A stretch of DNA of 63,845 nt, counting the filler, from Octopus bimaculoides (taxonomy: Eukaryota): the NCBI RefSeq assembly GCF_001194135.2. It is 4 parts of 4 records of this genome, joined end to end, with 100 filler letters (N's around TTAATTAATTAA, not from the genome) between each part and the next. Parts side by side here need not be neighbours in the genome. Positions count along the whole stretch, not along the records: positions 37,395 to 58,069 come from NC_068992.1; positions 58,170 to 63,845 come from NC_069000.1; 2 more parts are not named here. One strand, given 5' to 3'. The notes beneath the pieces are model-generated. The model did no database searches and had not been told where the DNA came from. It was given only the letters and a program-made list of their open reading frames with translations. The position numbers were made by a program, and so were the translations under genes. How positions within the stretch are numbered: position 1 is the stretch's first letter; each line of letters begins with the position of its first letter. This document shows positions 52,532 through 63,845 of this stretch, piece by piece.

Positions 52532-53819
52532 CATACGTGCATATATACATACATACATACATACATACACATGGAAGCACGCACAAGCAGCGCGCGCACA
52601 TGACGTCCATAAATGTCATAAATGATTTGTTATGAAAATTTTTGACAGACAAAATATATTAGGCGATTTAAGAATTATTGTTATAATGTTGGGAAATAAA
52701 AAGTGCAGAGCCTTTAGCTAAGACATTTATCATCGGTTTCTCCTATTGTTCTAAATGTATGTGCCATTTTCTATCAGTAACATAGCTGTCGTTACTTTTT
52801 TGCGGCATGGGTTTGCTAGTATCAAATAACACCTAAAGTATATACTATATACATCCCACACATGTATGTGTACAAATATGTATGTATGTATGTATGTATA
52901 TATNNNNNNNNNNNNNNNNNNNNNNNNNNNNNNNNNNNNNNNNNNNNNNNNNNNNNNNNNNNNNNNNNNNNNNNNNNNNNNNNNNNNNNNNNNNNNNNNN
53001 NNNNNNNNNNNNNNNNNNNNNNNNNNNNNNNNNNNNNNNNNNNNNNNNNNNNNNNNNNNNNNNNNNNNNNNNNNNNNNNNNNNNNNNNNNNNNNNNNNNN
53101 NNNNNNNNNNNNNNNNNNNNNNNNNNNNNNNNNNNNNNNNNNNNNNNNNNNNNNNNNNNNNNNNNNNNNNNNNTGTATGTATGTATGTATATATGTATGT
53201 AGACTCACACACGCATACATATATACATACTTATACATATATACAGTAATACATATACCATATATGTGTGTGTGTGTTTGTTTTTACTTATACACATACG
53301 TGTATGTATGTATGTATGTATGTATGTATGTATGTATGTATGCATGTATATAAATATATACATCTATATAAGATAAATTTATTTATGCATTTGTTTGCTC
53401 CCATTTTCTTTCCTTTTAGTGGTTTTATTTTATTTGTTTCGTGAATTCTAAAATGGTTTTTGCTTGTTAAATTTTATTTCTTATTTATTTTACTATGTAT
53501 TATCTTTCTGCGGTTGTTGACTTTAAAATGATTAAATGGTGGGCTTCCTAAACATATAAATATTCGTTTCAATCAACTTTAATTTACTCGTTATTATTTT
53601 TCATCTTGTTTTCAAACTCTCAACACATCTAATTGGTCCCATACATTGCAAAATGTGACAACCTTCTGTCATGTCAGTTTTACATGTTTATTTACTTATC
53701 TGTCAGCTAAATCTCACTTCACTATTTATAAACATTGCATTGTAGTCTAAGTACAACTTTGGTTACCACTACATGAAACTCGGATTAATGATTTATGAAA
53801 CTTTTCCGTTCAAAGTATA

Positions 53820-54022
53820 TACGAGGGGGTGCTGAAACGTTCTTGGCTTTAGGTAAAAGAAAATACAGGAGGATCAACTGAATCCAGTATATTCCTATCA
53901 CAGACTTCTCGCAGTGGTCTTTCAGTTTTTCTATGCTCTGTAAAAGGACATAGATGGTTGGGCCTTCAACCAGGCCTTCTGCGACACCTTTAAAGCGATG
54001 AACATTTCAGCACGCCCTCGTA
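53820..54022 (-). mobile_element. mariner-derived MITE, sister of 32239-32462
   Basis: TA-CGAGGGGGTGCTGAAACGTTCTTGGCTT ... ACATTTCAGCACGCCCTCG-TA; shares TTCAACCAGGC and CTGTAAAA blocks with the other copy. Confidence 0.75.
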
Positions 54023-54154
54023 ACTCTAATCTTGATGTTCAACTGCTATTTTCTGTTCCTTGTTTTGTCTTTAGATACTGGCTATACGTACAATTAGAAA
54101 CAAAAGCATACACACACACACACAAACACACACACATGCACACACACACGCTCA

Positions 54155-54192
<38 letters not shown>

Positions 54193-55071
54193 NNNNNNNN
54201 NNNNNNNNNNNNNNNNNNNNNNNNNNNNNNNNNNNNNNNNNNNNNNNNNNNNNNNNNNNNNNNNNNNNNNNNNNNNNNNNNNNNNNNNNNNNNNNNNNNN
54301 NNNNNNNNNNNNNNNNNNNNNNNNNNNNNNNNNNNNNNNNNNNNNNNNNNNNNNNNNNNNNNNNNNNNNNNNNNNNNNNNNNNNNNNNNNNNNNNNNNNN
54401 NNNNNNNNNNNNNNNNNNNNNNNNNNNNNNNNNNNNNNNNNNNNNNNNNNNNNNNNNNNNNNNNNNNNNNNNNNNNNNNNNNNNNNNNNNNNNNNNNNNN
54501 NNNNNNNNNNNNNNNNNNNNNNNNNNNNNNNNNNNNNNNNNNNNNNNNNNNNNNNNNNNNNNNNNNNNNNNNNNNNNNNNNNNNNNNNNNNNNNNNNNNN
54601 NNNNNNNNNNNNNNNNNNNNNNNNNNNNNNNNNNNNNNNNNNNNNNNNNNNNNNNNNNNNNNNNNNNNNNNNNNNNNNNNNNNNNNNNNNNNNNNNNNNN
54701 NNNNNNNNNNNNNNNNNNNNNNNNNNNNNNNNNNNNNNNNNNNNNNNNNNNNNNNNNNNNNNNNNNNNNNNNNNNNNNNNNNNNNNNNNNNNNNNNNNNN
54801 NNNNNNNNNNNNNNNNNNNNNNNNNNNNNNNNNNNNNNNNNNNNNNNNNNNNNNNNNNNNNNNNNNNNNNNNNNNATATATATATATATATAATCATAAA
54901 TATACAGGGATTAGCATGAGTTGCTTCACCAACATACTGAAAATTTAGAAATAGCAGTCAAAGAACTACTGACTCCAAACTGCAAATTTTATCTCTAACG
55001 GATGGCGATATTTATGGCACACACAGAACAGAAACAGAAGAGAAAAGCAAAAACAGACCTGCCTTTAGTTA

Positions 55072-55133
55072 ATCGTGTACGACGTTTCACGGTTAAGAGT
55101 ATAAAGTTACTCTACTCCGATCATCAGCACAAT
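55072..55133 (-). ncRNA. type I hammerhead ribozyme motif (minimal, palindromic stem III)
   Basis: Minus strand: AUUGUG CUGAUGA UCGG-AGU-AGAGUA-ACUUUA-UACUCU-UAA-CCGU GAAA C GUC GUA^CACGAU. Both conserved cores are present, stem I has 6 bp, and the cleavage triplet is GUA; the first stem II pair is a U-U mismatch. Confidence 0.7.
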
Positions 55134-55954
55134 ATTCGATAAATTTGAAAGTGTCTATGTACTCATGGGAATTAGAATCCTGCGACATCAAAAACACATG
55201 AGGAAGGCATTTACAAAATTTATCGGCTAGTAAGTTCAAACACTTCACCCCAAGAATCTATTCCATGTGCGCCACAAATAGTCCCGCATAAAAAGTCCCG
55301 TATAAAAGGGTTACAGTTTAACCATCCAATAAGAGACATCAATATAAATATACAGATATAGGGCAGGGAATTTCCAATTAGTAATAAAATTAATAATTAA
55401 CAATTTTGCCAAGTAGTTCAGTATGAAAAAAACCTTTATCGGTAAAAACATTTATAATCATAAATAAATAATTAACAATTTTGCCAAGTNNNNNNNNNNN
55501 NNNNNNNNNNNNNNNNNNNNNNNNNNNNNNNNNNNNNNNNNNNNNNNNNNNNNNNNNNNNNNNNNNNNNNNNNNNNNNNNNNNNNNNNNNNNNNNNNNNN
55601 NNNNNNNNNNNNNNNNNNNNNNNNNNNNNNNNNNNNNNNNNNNNNNNNNNNNNNNNNNNNNNNNNNNNNNNNNNNNNNNNNNNNNNNNNGGGGTGGGGGG
55701 AAGTAAGGAAGATATTCATCTTCAATTAACATAAATTTTTTAATTTTAAATTAAAAGTATACTTTTCTTAGGCTTAAATGATAGAAAAATGCATGAGAAA
55801 TTCAGAATCGGTAGTTGCATGGAAGAAAAGTTAGTAAAAAACAGTTATGAAGTAAAATATTACGAAATTTTATGCCAGTAAGGAAGTAAGGGAGTAACGC
55901 TTAAGCAATAAGAATAAAGAATATATTTCTAAAATGAATGTCTTCACATTAAGT

Positions 55955-56058
55955 CGGCAAGCTAGCAGAAACGTTATCACGCCGAGCGAAACGCTTAGTG
56001 GTATTTCGTCTGTATTTACGTTTTAAGTTCAAATTTCGCCGAGGTCGACTTTGACTTA
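55955..56058 (+). mobile_element. CORE-type SINE 5' half
   Basis: GCTTAGTGGTATTTCGTCTG...GTTCAAATTTCGCCGAGGTCGACTTTG. Confidence 0.65.
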
Positions 56059-57063
56059 CAGATTATTTTTTAACTAAACACTTTCAAACTTCCGATACTG
56101 GTTCAATGTGTCACGTAGAACAGGGTTTACTCTTAACGTTTTTGACAAATCTTTGTATTTTAGAAATTATTTCGTCAGAAGTTACAGAGTGACAATGGAC
56201 AAATTCGTGTTTGATAAGTGCCAATACACGAAACTCTCAGCTTTCGACTTACTCTCTAACTTCTGCCTATGATATACATATATATATATATACACATATT
56301 ACATATATGTGTAAAAAATCTCTCATCACGCAATCGAACTAATGAAAGAGACTCTACCTGGTCGCTCGACACTCTAAAAATAGCAGCCAAAGTATCCCCC
56401 TACCTAAATCACACGCTCATTGTATGTAATATCCTAAATCATCCCTAAAGAGACGATTTGCCGAAGGCTGGAATGTCTTTGATGATACGTTTGCAGTATC
56501 AGGGTTGATTTGAGGCTAAATAACAACAACATTATGGTAATTTTTTATATTAACACTCGCGCGATTTTCACTAAGCAAAAAAATTCAGAAAATTTGATTT
56601 TTTTGCGGAATTAAGTATCATGACCTCCCAATATGCTGCAAATCACTTATTAGTTCGGAAAAAATGAGGTGGGGATTTCTCCAACCCCAACCCCGAAATC
56701 ATTGCAATGTTTTTTGTCGTTGAATGAATTCCTTTGACCTCCTAATATTGCAAAATTAGGTTACTTAAGGTGAGCCTGGTAACTAATGGTTTCGGGGTCT
56801 TGTTGTTTGTAACTTTTGGTGAGCCATGGTGCAACCAACAACATGGTAAAAATCCCTGCCATTAATTTGGTGTAGATGGGTAATACCAAATAATTCAATC
56901 ACAGCATATATTTGAATTAAACATGAAAAAAATTGAAATATTATCATCACTTACATGGAAAAAGTGAAATATATCTTTCAGTATTTTATAAGGTAAAATC
57001 TTAAATTATTAATTTACACGCTATCAATTATCTTCTAACAGCAATGCCTGGAAAAATCATGGA

Positions 57064-57551
57064 TTACATGGAAAATGCAAGCATGAAAAGTAAAGTTCTT
57101 AATATTATAAACCTGGAAAAGTACAGGACAAGTTATTGCTTCTAGTAAAGTAAAGAATAAGAAACATTTTACTTAAAATATTGCAGCTAAAATTCAACTT
57201 TGAATATTGAAACTTATTTTATTATAGTCTACAAATAACGCTATACTTATTCAAGTAGAATTTGGCTAAGTTACTACCTTGAATACAGAAAAAAATGACT
57301 AATTAGACCAACTTACAAATTAGCGGAATAGTTTTGTACAATAAATTTAGAAGATGAGAACTATAAAGAGTGATAAATTAGAAGAACTGGCATTCTTTGC
57401 TGCAATAGTTTAAGTAAAAAGTTTCTTATTCCTTATTTCACTAAAAGTAATAGCTTGTCCTATACTTTTGCAGGTGTAATAACTTGTCTTGCACTTTTCC
57501 AGGTTTATAATCTTAAGAATATTACTTTTCATGCTCGCATTTTTCCATGTA

Positions 57552-57552
<1 letters not shown>
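57064..57552. repeat. long inverted repeat (foldback/MITE), arms 57064-57187 and 57399-57552
   Basis: TTACATGGAAAATGCAAGCATGAAAAGTAA...AAACCTGGAAAAGT...ATTGCAGC versus the reverse complement ending ...TTTTCCATGTAA|TA. Confidence 0.8.
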
Positions 57553-57599
<47 letters not shown>

Positions 57600-57819
57600 T
57601 ATATATACTGTGACAAAATTTGTTCTTAAAGTGTATAGATTGAGAAAAAAATCCTTTTAGAAAGTTGAAAGACACTAACCGTTCGGAAGAGATTTCACAA
57701 AAGGTGTGTGGGCTTTGCTTTTATAGATGTGCAAGCGCATTTAGCTTTTAACGTTTTCAAGCACGTGCTATTATAAAGAGTGGAAGATGTTTTCAGTAAA
57801 ATATGTTTGTGTAATTATG

Positions 57820-58030
57820 CATGTATTTGTGTGCCTGTGTTTGTCCACCCACCATCGCTTGACTATCGATGTTGGTGTCTTTACCTCCCCATAACTTAGC
57901 GGTTCGGCAAAAGAGACCGATAGAATAAGTACTAGGCTTACAAACAATAAGTCCTGGGGTCGATTTGTTCGCCTAAAGGTGGTGCTGCAGCATGGCCGCA
58001 GTCAAATGACTGAAACAAGTACAAGAATAA
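57820..58030 (+). mobile_element. family-2 SINE 3' half
   Basis: CTTAGCGGTTCGGCAAAAGAGACCGATAGAATAAGTACTAGGCTTAC...GCATGGCCGCAGTCAAATGACTGAAACAAGTA. Confidence 0.8.
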
Positions 58031-58169
58031 AATAATAAATGAATATATATATATATATATATATATATANNNNNNNNNNNNNNNNNNNNNNNNNNNNNNN
58101 NNNNNNNNNNNNNTTAATTAATTAANNNNNNNNNNNNNNNNNNNNNNNNNNNNNNNNNNNNNNNNNNNN

Positions 58170-58212
<43 letters not shown>

Positions 58213-58740
58213 TATACACACACATATATATATACATACAGTTATACATGCATACATACATACATAGATGCATGCATGCATGCATACATACATAGATACA
58301 TACACACATACACACATACACACATACATACATACATACATGCATACATGTATGTGCCTACGTGTATATAACACATGTGTATGTATGGGGCATGCACACG
58401 TGCGTGTTGCTGCATCGTACGGTTACTGAATAACAAAATTCCCTTGATGCTAAACGAAACGGTTCGTAAACAAATTCGTTTTCATTATTGAACGTAATCG
58501 AAGCAGAGGATCATGCATCATAAGCCTGTACGATTGTAGATTCAACTCGCTGCCTACACTTTTACTTCGTTTTCATCCCCCCCCCACTCGTTGTTATTGG
58601 TTCATCTCTTAGACGTACACTGATTGTTTCACCTGATGTGGTTTTTCATATTAGTTTCAGTGTATGCATACGTATATGTGTAAGTATGTTTGTGTGTACG
58701 TTTATACAAACATAAACTTTCAGACATGTACACTAAAATA

Positions 58741-59645
58741 TACGGGTCGGTATCAAAAGGTTCCCGGACTAGTTCTGTAACACGCTAACGAATGGCAGCA
58801 CGCGTTTGCGTGAGCAGTGAGAAATAGCAGTGACCTTCATGAATCAGTATGTCAAGTGACATTGCTGTGTATACTTTGCAAGTTATTAAATTTGTGTTTT
58901 TGTGATTACGTATTTACTGTAGTTTGCGATTTTGTCATGGACAGGAAGTGGTCCAACTTACAATTTTGCGTTAAACTTTAGAAGTCTGCTACAGAGACAT
59001 TGAGCAGACTTCGACAAGTTTACAGCGACGAAGCGGTGGGTCGTACGCAATGTTTCCAGAAGCGGGAGAAAATCCCTGGAAGACGATAAGAGATCTGGAA
59101 GATCTGCCGCGAGCATCACCGCCGTAAATGTGGTATTGAGTATTGAGAATTCGTCCCCCAGGGCCAAACCGTCAGTTGAGAGTTCTACTGCGACGATTTG
59201 AAGCGTTTGAGGAAGGACATTCGGTAAAAGCGACCAGATTTGTGAAGCGCGAAGAATTGATTCTTCACGACGACAATGTACCCTATCACCGAACTCATCT
59301 CACTTCTGAGTTTCTCGCCAAAAACAACATGGTAAAGCTTCCGCACCCGCCCAATTCGCCAGATTTAGCACCTGCGGACTTCCATCTCTTCACAAAGATG
59401 AAAATGCAACTCAAAGGTCGCCGTTTTAACACCGTGGTCAAGAGCAAGAGCGAATCACAGAAGGTCCTCGACCCGCTTTTACGGAAAACGACTTTCAGAC
59501 CGGGTTTCATAAGTGGAAGGAACGCTGGGACGGTGTATTACTGCACAAGGGGACTATTTCGCAGGAGATGATGTTAAAACATAGGTAAATAAGTTAATTA
59601 TTATTAAATATAACTAGTCCGGAAACCTTTTGATACCGCCTTGTA
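58741..59645 (+). mobile_element. internally deleted mariner (DD34D) element with both TIRs and TA TSD
   Basis: TIRs CGGTATCAAAAGGTT(C/T)CCGGACTAGTT at both ends; LHDDNVPYH...HPPNSPDLAPADFHLF with 34 residues between the last two Asp. Confidence 0.9.
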
Positions 59646-60294
59646 CATAAAATGGAAAATGGATCTTCCATTGGTTTAAATGATGAGCATACCCGTCGTT
59701 TGATCCACCTGTGATCCACTCATTCTGGTATAGTGTAAGGAACTGAGGATTCCGTGGACTCATTTTGTTTTATCTGAGTCCTCAGACGGAGTTGAGCCTG
59801 AAGCAATGCTACAAAGTTGATGGGCACACATTTGTCATACACACACACACACATCCATAAGCGCATATATCTATATATATATATATATATATATATGCAT
59901 GTGTATGATTAACTATCTGCTTCATTGAAATCCAACAATTCTTTAAAAAAACTCACTTTTATTCATGTTTATCCTGTTTAGTATATGTTAGAAGTTTATT
60001 AAGATTTAATTTTCTTTATAATTTTATAATCTTTGTAAATGTTTTTCATAATTTTACTTTCATTCTTGTCGGGTCACGCTTGTCTGTCAACGACAGCTTT
60101 TGTTTTCAATTTGGCTGCAATCATTTTCTCTACATCCAACTCCGGAATGGAGCAATAAATTAGTTGAACTTAAAAGAACGCATTCAGTTACCAGTGCAGG
60201 AGATAACCCCTGAAATTCTTCAAAATGTGTCTTGCAATGCTAAGAATAAATTTCAAATTTTCAAGGATACAGGCGGAGTAATTGCTGAAAATTT

Positions 60295-60600
60295 AATATA
60301 TAAAACTGAGAATGTGTATCTGTCTGTGAGTCTGTCAGTGTGAATCCCTAAAATTCGAGAACTACCCAACCGATTTCATTCAAATTTTGCACATGCCTTA
60401 CTTAGAGTTCATGCAGAGTCTTGGGCCAAAACAAATTTTTCCACTTCTTGCCTAATGCAAGCCCGGAGCAATCATTTATCTCTTACACTACTTCAGTATT
60501 ACGTGTCAAAAGTGAAACAATAACATCTCTCTATTGTAATCTGAAATACTTTCAGTTTAATAGCTTCATTACTAATACCGAAACTATTAAAGTGAAACTA
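60295..60600 (+). mobile_element. possible non-autonomous Helitron-like element 5' part
   Basis: TATATAAAA start, short (TGTC)-like repeats, then CCAACCGATTTCATTCAAATTT block, as in DINE/HINE-like elements (recalled pattern, not aligned). Confidence 0.35.
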
Positions 60601-60637
60601 TTATCTGGCATATGTATCTCACATATATACATGCATG

Positions 60638-60708
<71 letters not shown>

Positions 60709-60748
60709 TGTATATTTATATATATGTATATATCTGTACATATGTATG

Positions 60749-61906
60749 TACGAGGGGTGTATGAAAAGTCTTGGGCCTCAAAAAAAAACAAACAATGGTA
60801 CAAGTCTTCTGATGATTTATTTTTCAACGTAGTCCCCCTCGATGGCTGAACACTTTCTGTAGCAGGGCTGAAGCGCCATTACCCCGATGTAGAAGAACTC
60901 TTTTGTTTGGGACTCCAAGAAACTTCCTACACCGTCTATGACGTCATTGTCACTGGCAAAATGGCGACCAGCCAGGGCTTTTTTCATTTTTGGAAATAGA
61001 TGAAAGTCAGAGGGGGCTAAGACTGGCGAATAAGGCGGATGGGGAACAAGTTCGTATCCACAATCACGAATTGTTGCCATGGCAACCACTGAGGTGTGGG
61101 CTGGAGCATTGTCGTGATGAAAAAGGACTCCTCTGGTGAGCATTTCCGGCCTTTTTTCTTTGATTGCTTCTCGGAGGCATTTCAGTAGCTGAGAATAATA
61201 CAGCCCTGTNNNNNNNNNNATTCTTCTTTGGTTTCAGGCTGGTAGTGATGGACCCAACTTTCGTTCATAGTAATGAAACGAGCAAGAATATTCTCTTCAT
61301 CAGCTTCAAACAGTTCCAGATTGCTCGTGGACAAAGTGCACCTGGTGCATTTCTGTTCAGGAGTCAAAAGGCGAGGGTCCCACCTTGCAGAAACCTTTGA
61401 GAACCCAAGTTCTTTTGTCACGATGTTGTCTGCTCTTTCATTTGAAATGCCCTGTTTCTCGGCTATCTGACGACATGATACTTGGCGATCTTGCATTATC
61501 ATACCAAGAGCAAGGTCAAGGTTGTCTTTGGTGGTTGCAGTTGGCGGTCTCCCTGGTCTGGGATCATCTCCCACACTCTCCCTGCCACGGTGGAATTCAT
61601 TTACCCAGTGTTTGATTGTTGCATATGAAGGAGCATTGTCTGTTAAGGTTCTCACCATATCTTCATGGATTTCTGATGGAGTCATGCCTTTCAAATGAAG
61701 GTACTTTATGACAGCACGATACTCAGTTTTCTCCATTTTCCTTGTAAATTCGAAGCTTGTTTATTCAAAAATCTGCAACGAAAAAAATCAAAATATCAGA
61801 ATCATGAAAATGAGCAAGAATACTCCGAAAAGATTGTACTTACCAGAAAAAATTGTTTCAACCCCGATTCTAGGTTAGGCTCAAAACTTTTCAGACACCC
61901 GTCGTA
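60749..61906 (-). mobile_element. near-complete mariner transposon (DD34D, irritans/Himar1-like), transposase at 61736 to 60817 interrupted by a gap
   Basis: ~30-bp TIRs TACGA(G/C)GGGTGT(A/C)TGAAAAGT(C/T)TTG(G/A)GCCT with TA ends; MEKTEYRAVIKYLHLKG, RSGRP-like GRP, WDPRLL, ITMNESWVHHY, HHDNAPAH, HPPYSPVLAPSDFHLF, GDYVEK*. Confidence 0.95.
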
Positions 61907-61935
61907 TATTTGTATATATATGTATAGATGTATAT

Positions 61936-62260
61936 ACTAGTAGAGATACCCGGTGTTGCCCGTGTCAAATGGAATTGAAGAATTAGACTTTTCTATTTTC
62001 TCTAATGAACCTTTGAATAGATTTTATAAGATTTAGATTTTGGAATCTGGACATAAAGACGAGTAGTATGGGATAAATATGTTATGATTAGAATTTTTGT
62101 AAGGGTGTGTAAAGAGGGAAAGAACTTTCATTAAAATTCTTAATCTTTAATTTTTATGATATTCAAATCATAGGCATTCCAGTTCATTAGAAAAAATATA
62201 AAAGAAAAATCTAATTCTTCAATTCCATTTGACAGGGCAACGCCGTGTATCTCTGCTAGT
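61936..62260. mobile_element. foldback element with ~85-bp arms ending in Helitron-like CTAG|T termini
   Basis: ACTAGTAGAGATACCCGGTGTTGCCCGTGTCAAATGGAATTGAAGAATTAGA versus the reverse complement ...AATTCCATTTGACAGGGCAACGCCGTGTATCTCTGCTAGT. Confidence 0.75.
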
Positions 62261-62399
62261 TTTCTATAAAGTTTTGTAACACAACTGCAGCAGAGGAAAG
62301 AGACCAGTAACTATCTTGTCCAAGTTTGTGACCATGAAATTAACAACATAATTAGGATAGCTAATGATCTTGAGGAGGGGTATGAAGTAAGAGCTGAAA

Positions 62400-63190
62400 C
62401 AGAGCTCTCCACAAGGAGTATTGGTTGGTAAGAATCTATTTCTCAAAAGAACAAAATAAGAAAACAGACGAGCTCACTGAGAGAATAGTACACAGGTATT
62501 AGGTAGGAAAAAATTAACCATAGGAGAAATTAAACATGTCAAAAGCTTGGCAAAGAGTAGCGACAAATTTATGACATCCCACCCCGAAGGCTATATCCAA
62601 GTAATTCAAAAGATCTGCACCAAGTACCTACAACATAAAAAGTAGACAGACAACAAATGTAGGCTGTGCAAGACCAAGTCTTAAAACTGCCTACTGTGAA
62701 AGAATGTCTTCAAGATGCCGAGGCCAGAACAGTCTGGAACAAGATAACAAAAAAGAAAACTCCTACATACAAAGCTGACTATATTGAGACCGTTGGCTCA
62801 TAAGAATATTGGTGGAACTTAAACATTTAAATAGCCACCAAAGTTAAGACGTAATCTGCCAAATATTATTATCTAGGACCACAAGGGAAAGGTATGCTCT
62901 GTTGTGGAAATCAGCTGCTCTCTGGACACCGATGTGGTTAAAAGAAACAGCCGAAAGAAGACATCTATGGACCATCGATAAGGAGTTTACAAGTCCGGTA
63001 CTCAAGATACACCTTCAGCTTCATACATGTTATTAATGAAGCAACAGGATACATATCAGCCCGTCTGGAACAAAGTATGGCTGAACTTGGGTTCTTGCGG
63101 AGAGAATGAATATCCTTAATCTATATCCTACAAATGATCAGATATCTGGGGCTAGTAAGAAGTATAGAAGATTTTCTTAAGATTTTAAGG
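62400..63190 (+). mobile_element. decayed RLE-type (R4/NeSL-like) non-LTR retrotransposon 3' region
   Basis: EGYIQVIQ, NKCRLCK, EYWWNLNI, LPNIII.DHKGKVCSVVEISC and YGPSIRSLQ...FSFIHVI...GYIS...ELGF in degenerate frames. Confidence 0.65.
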
Positions 63191-63813
63191 ATAATAAAAA
63201 TATAACAAAATTTTTTACTTCACAACCTTCCAGGTTGCCGCTCAAAATATATTCCGAATTAAAAAGTGAAAGGGGACACACACACACACACACATGCATG
63301 CATGCACACACACATGCATGCAGACATACATACATACATACATACATACGTACATACATACGTACATACATACATTCATGTAACCATAAGAGAACTAAAA
63401 TTTTCACCGTTCATTACACTGATTTTTGCGTTGCCGCAGAAATGGAACAACTGACATATCATATATAAAACGTTACATTTATAAAATTTAGTCGAGACGA
63501 AGTTTATATGTATTTCTATTTTAACATTTAAAATAAATAAATTTATCGAGCACTTCATCAACACAGTGTTATGCAAGTCAAAGAATGTATCAAATATAGA
63601 AGGAAGTGCGAGTTTGCTGTGTCACAATTCATTGTAAAAATATGCAAATAATTTATACATCTAGACTACACATACATACACACACGTACGCAAACACACA
63701 TACATACATACACACACCGCGAACGCAAGTATGTACGTATAGATGTTTATATTTATATGGAAATAGATACGTGGCGTTCCATTTTTATAATAATAATAAA
63801 TAATATATGTATA

Positions 63814-63845
<32 letters not shown>

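Noticed and set aside
55390-55489. Repeated AAATAAT(A)ATTAACAATTTTGCCAAGT block
   Set aside because: Immediately adjacent to an N gap; likely assembly overlap or a short tandem repeat.

Overview
AT-rich, gap-riddled eukaryotic genomic DNA made up almost entirely of microsatellites, SINEs and decayed transposable elements. The SINE families and (TA)n/(CA)n/(TATG)n/(AAT)n density look like a coleoid cephalopod, probably an Octopus draft assembly (inference, not verifiable here). No host protein-coding gene can be called with confidence; only low-confidence splice-flanked exon candidates were found, and most ORF-track entries are microsatellite or N-gap artefacts. Recognisable coding remnants all come from TEs: three mariner (DD34D-type) relics, one DD41D rosa/Visitor-type transposase, two RTE and one CR1-like reverse-transcriptase fragments, three restriction-like-endonuclease (R4/Dong-like) retrotransposon relics, and two Penelope GIY-YIG fragments. 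The most interesting signals are RNA-structural. One is a well-formed type I hammerhead ribozyme motif at 55072-55133 (-) with a palindromic minimal stem III. Another is a ~460-bp foldback at 8707-9162 whose arms both start at the same GAAACGTCGT hammerhead half-motif. There are further long foldbacks, including an inverted pair of Helitron-like 3' ends and a head-to-head SINE pair. Three TTAATTAATTAA islands inside gaps are artificial six-frame-stop linkers.
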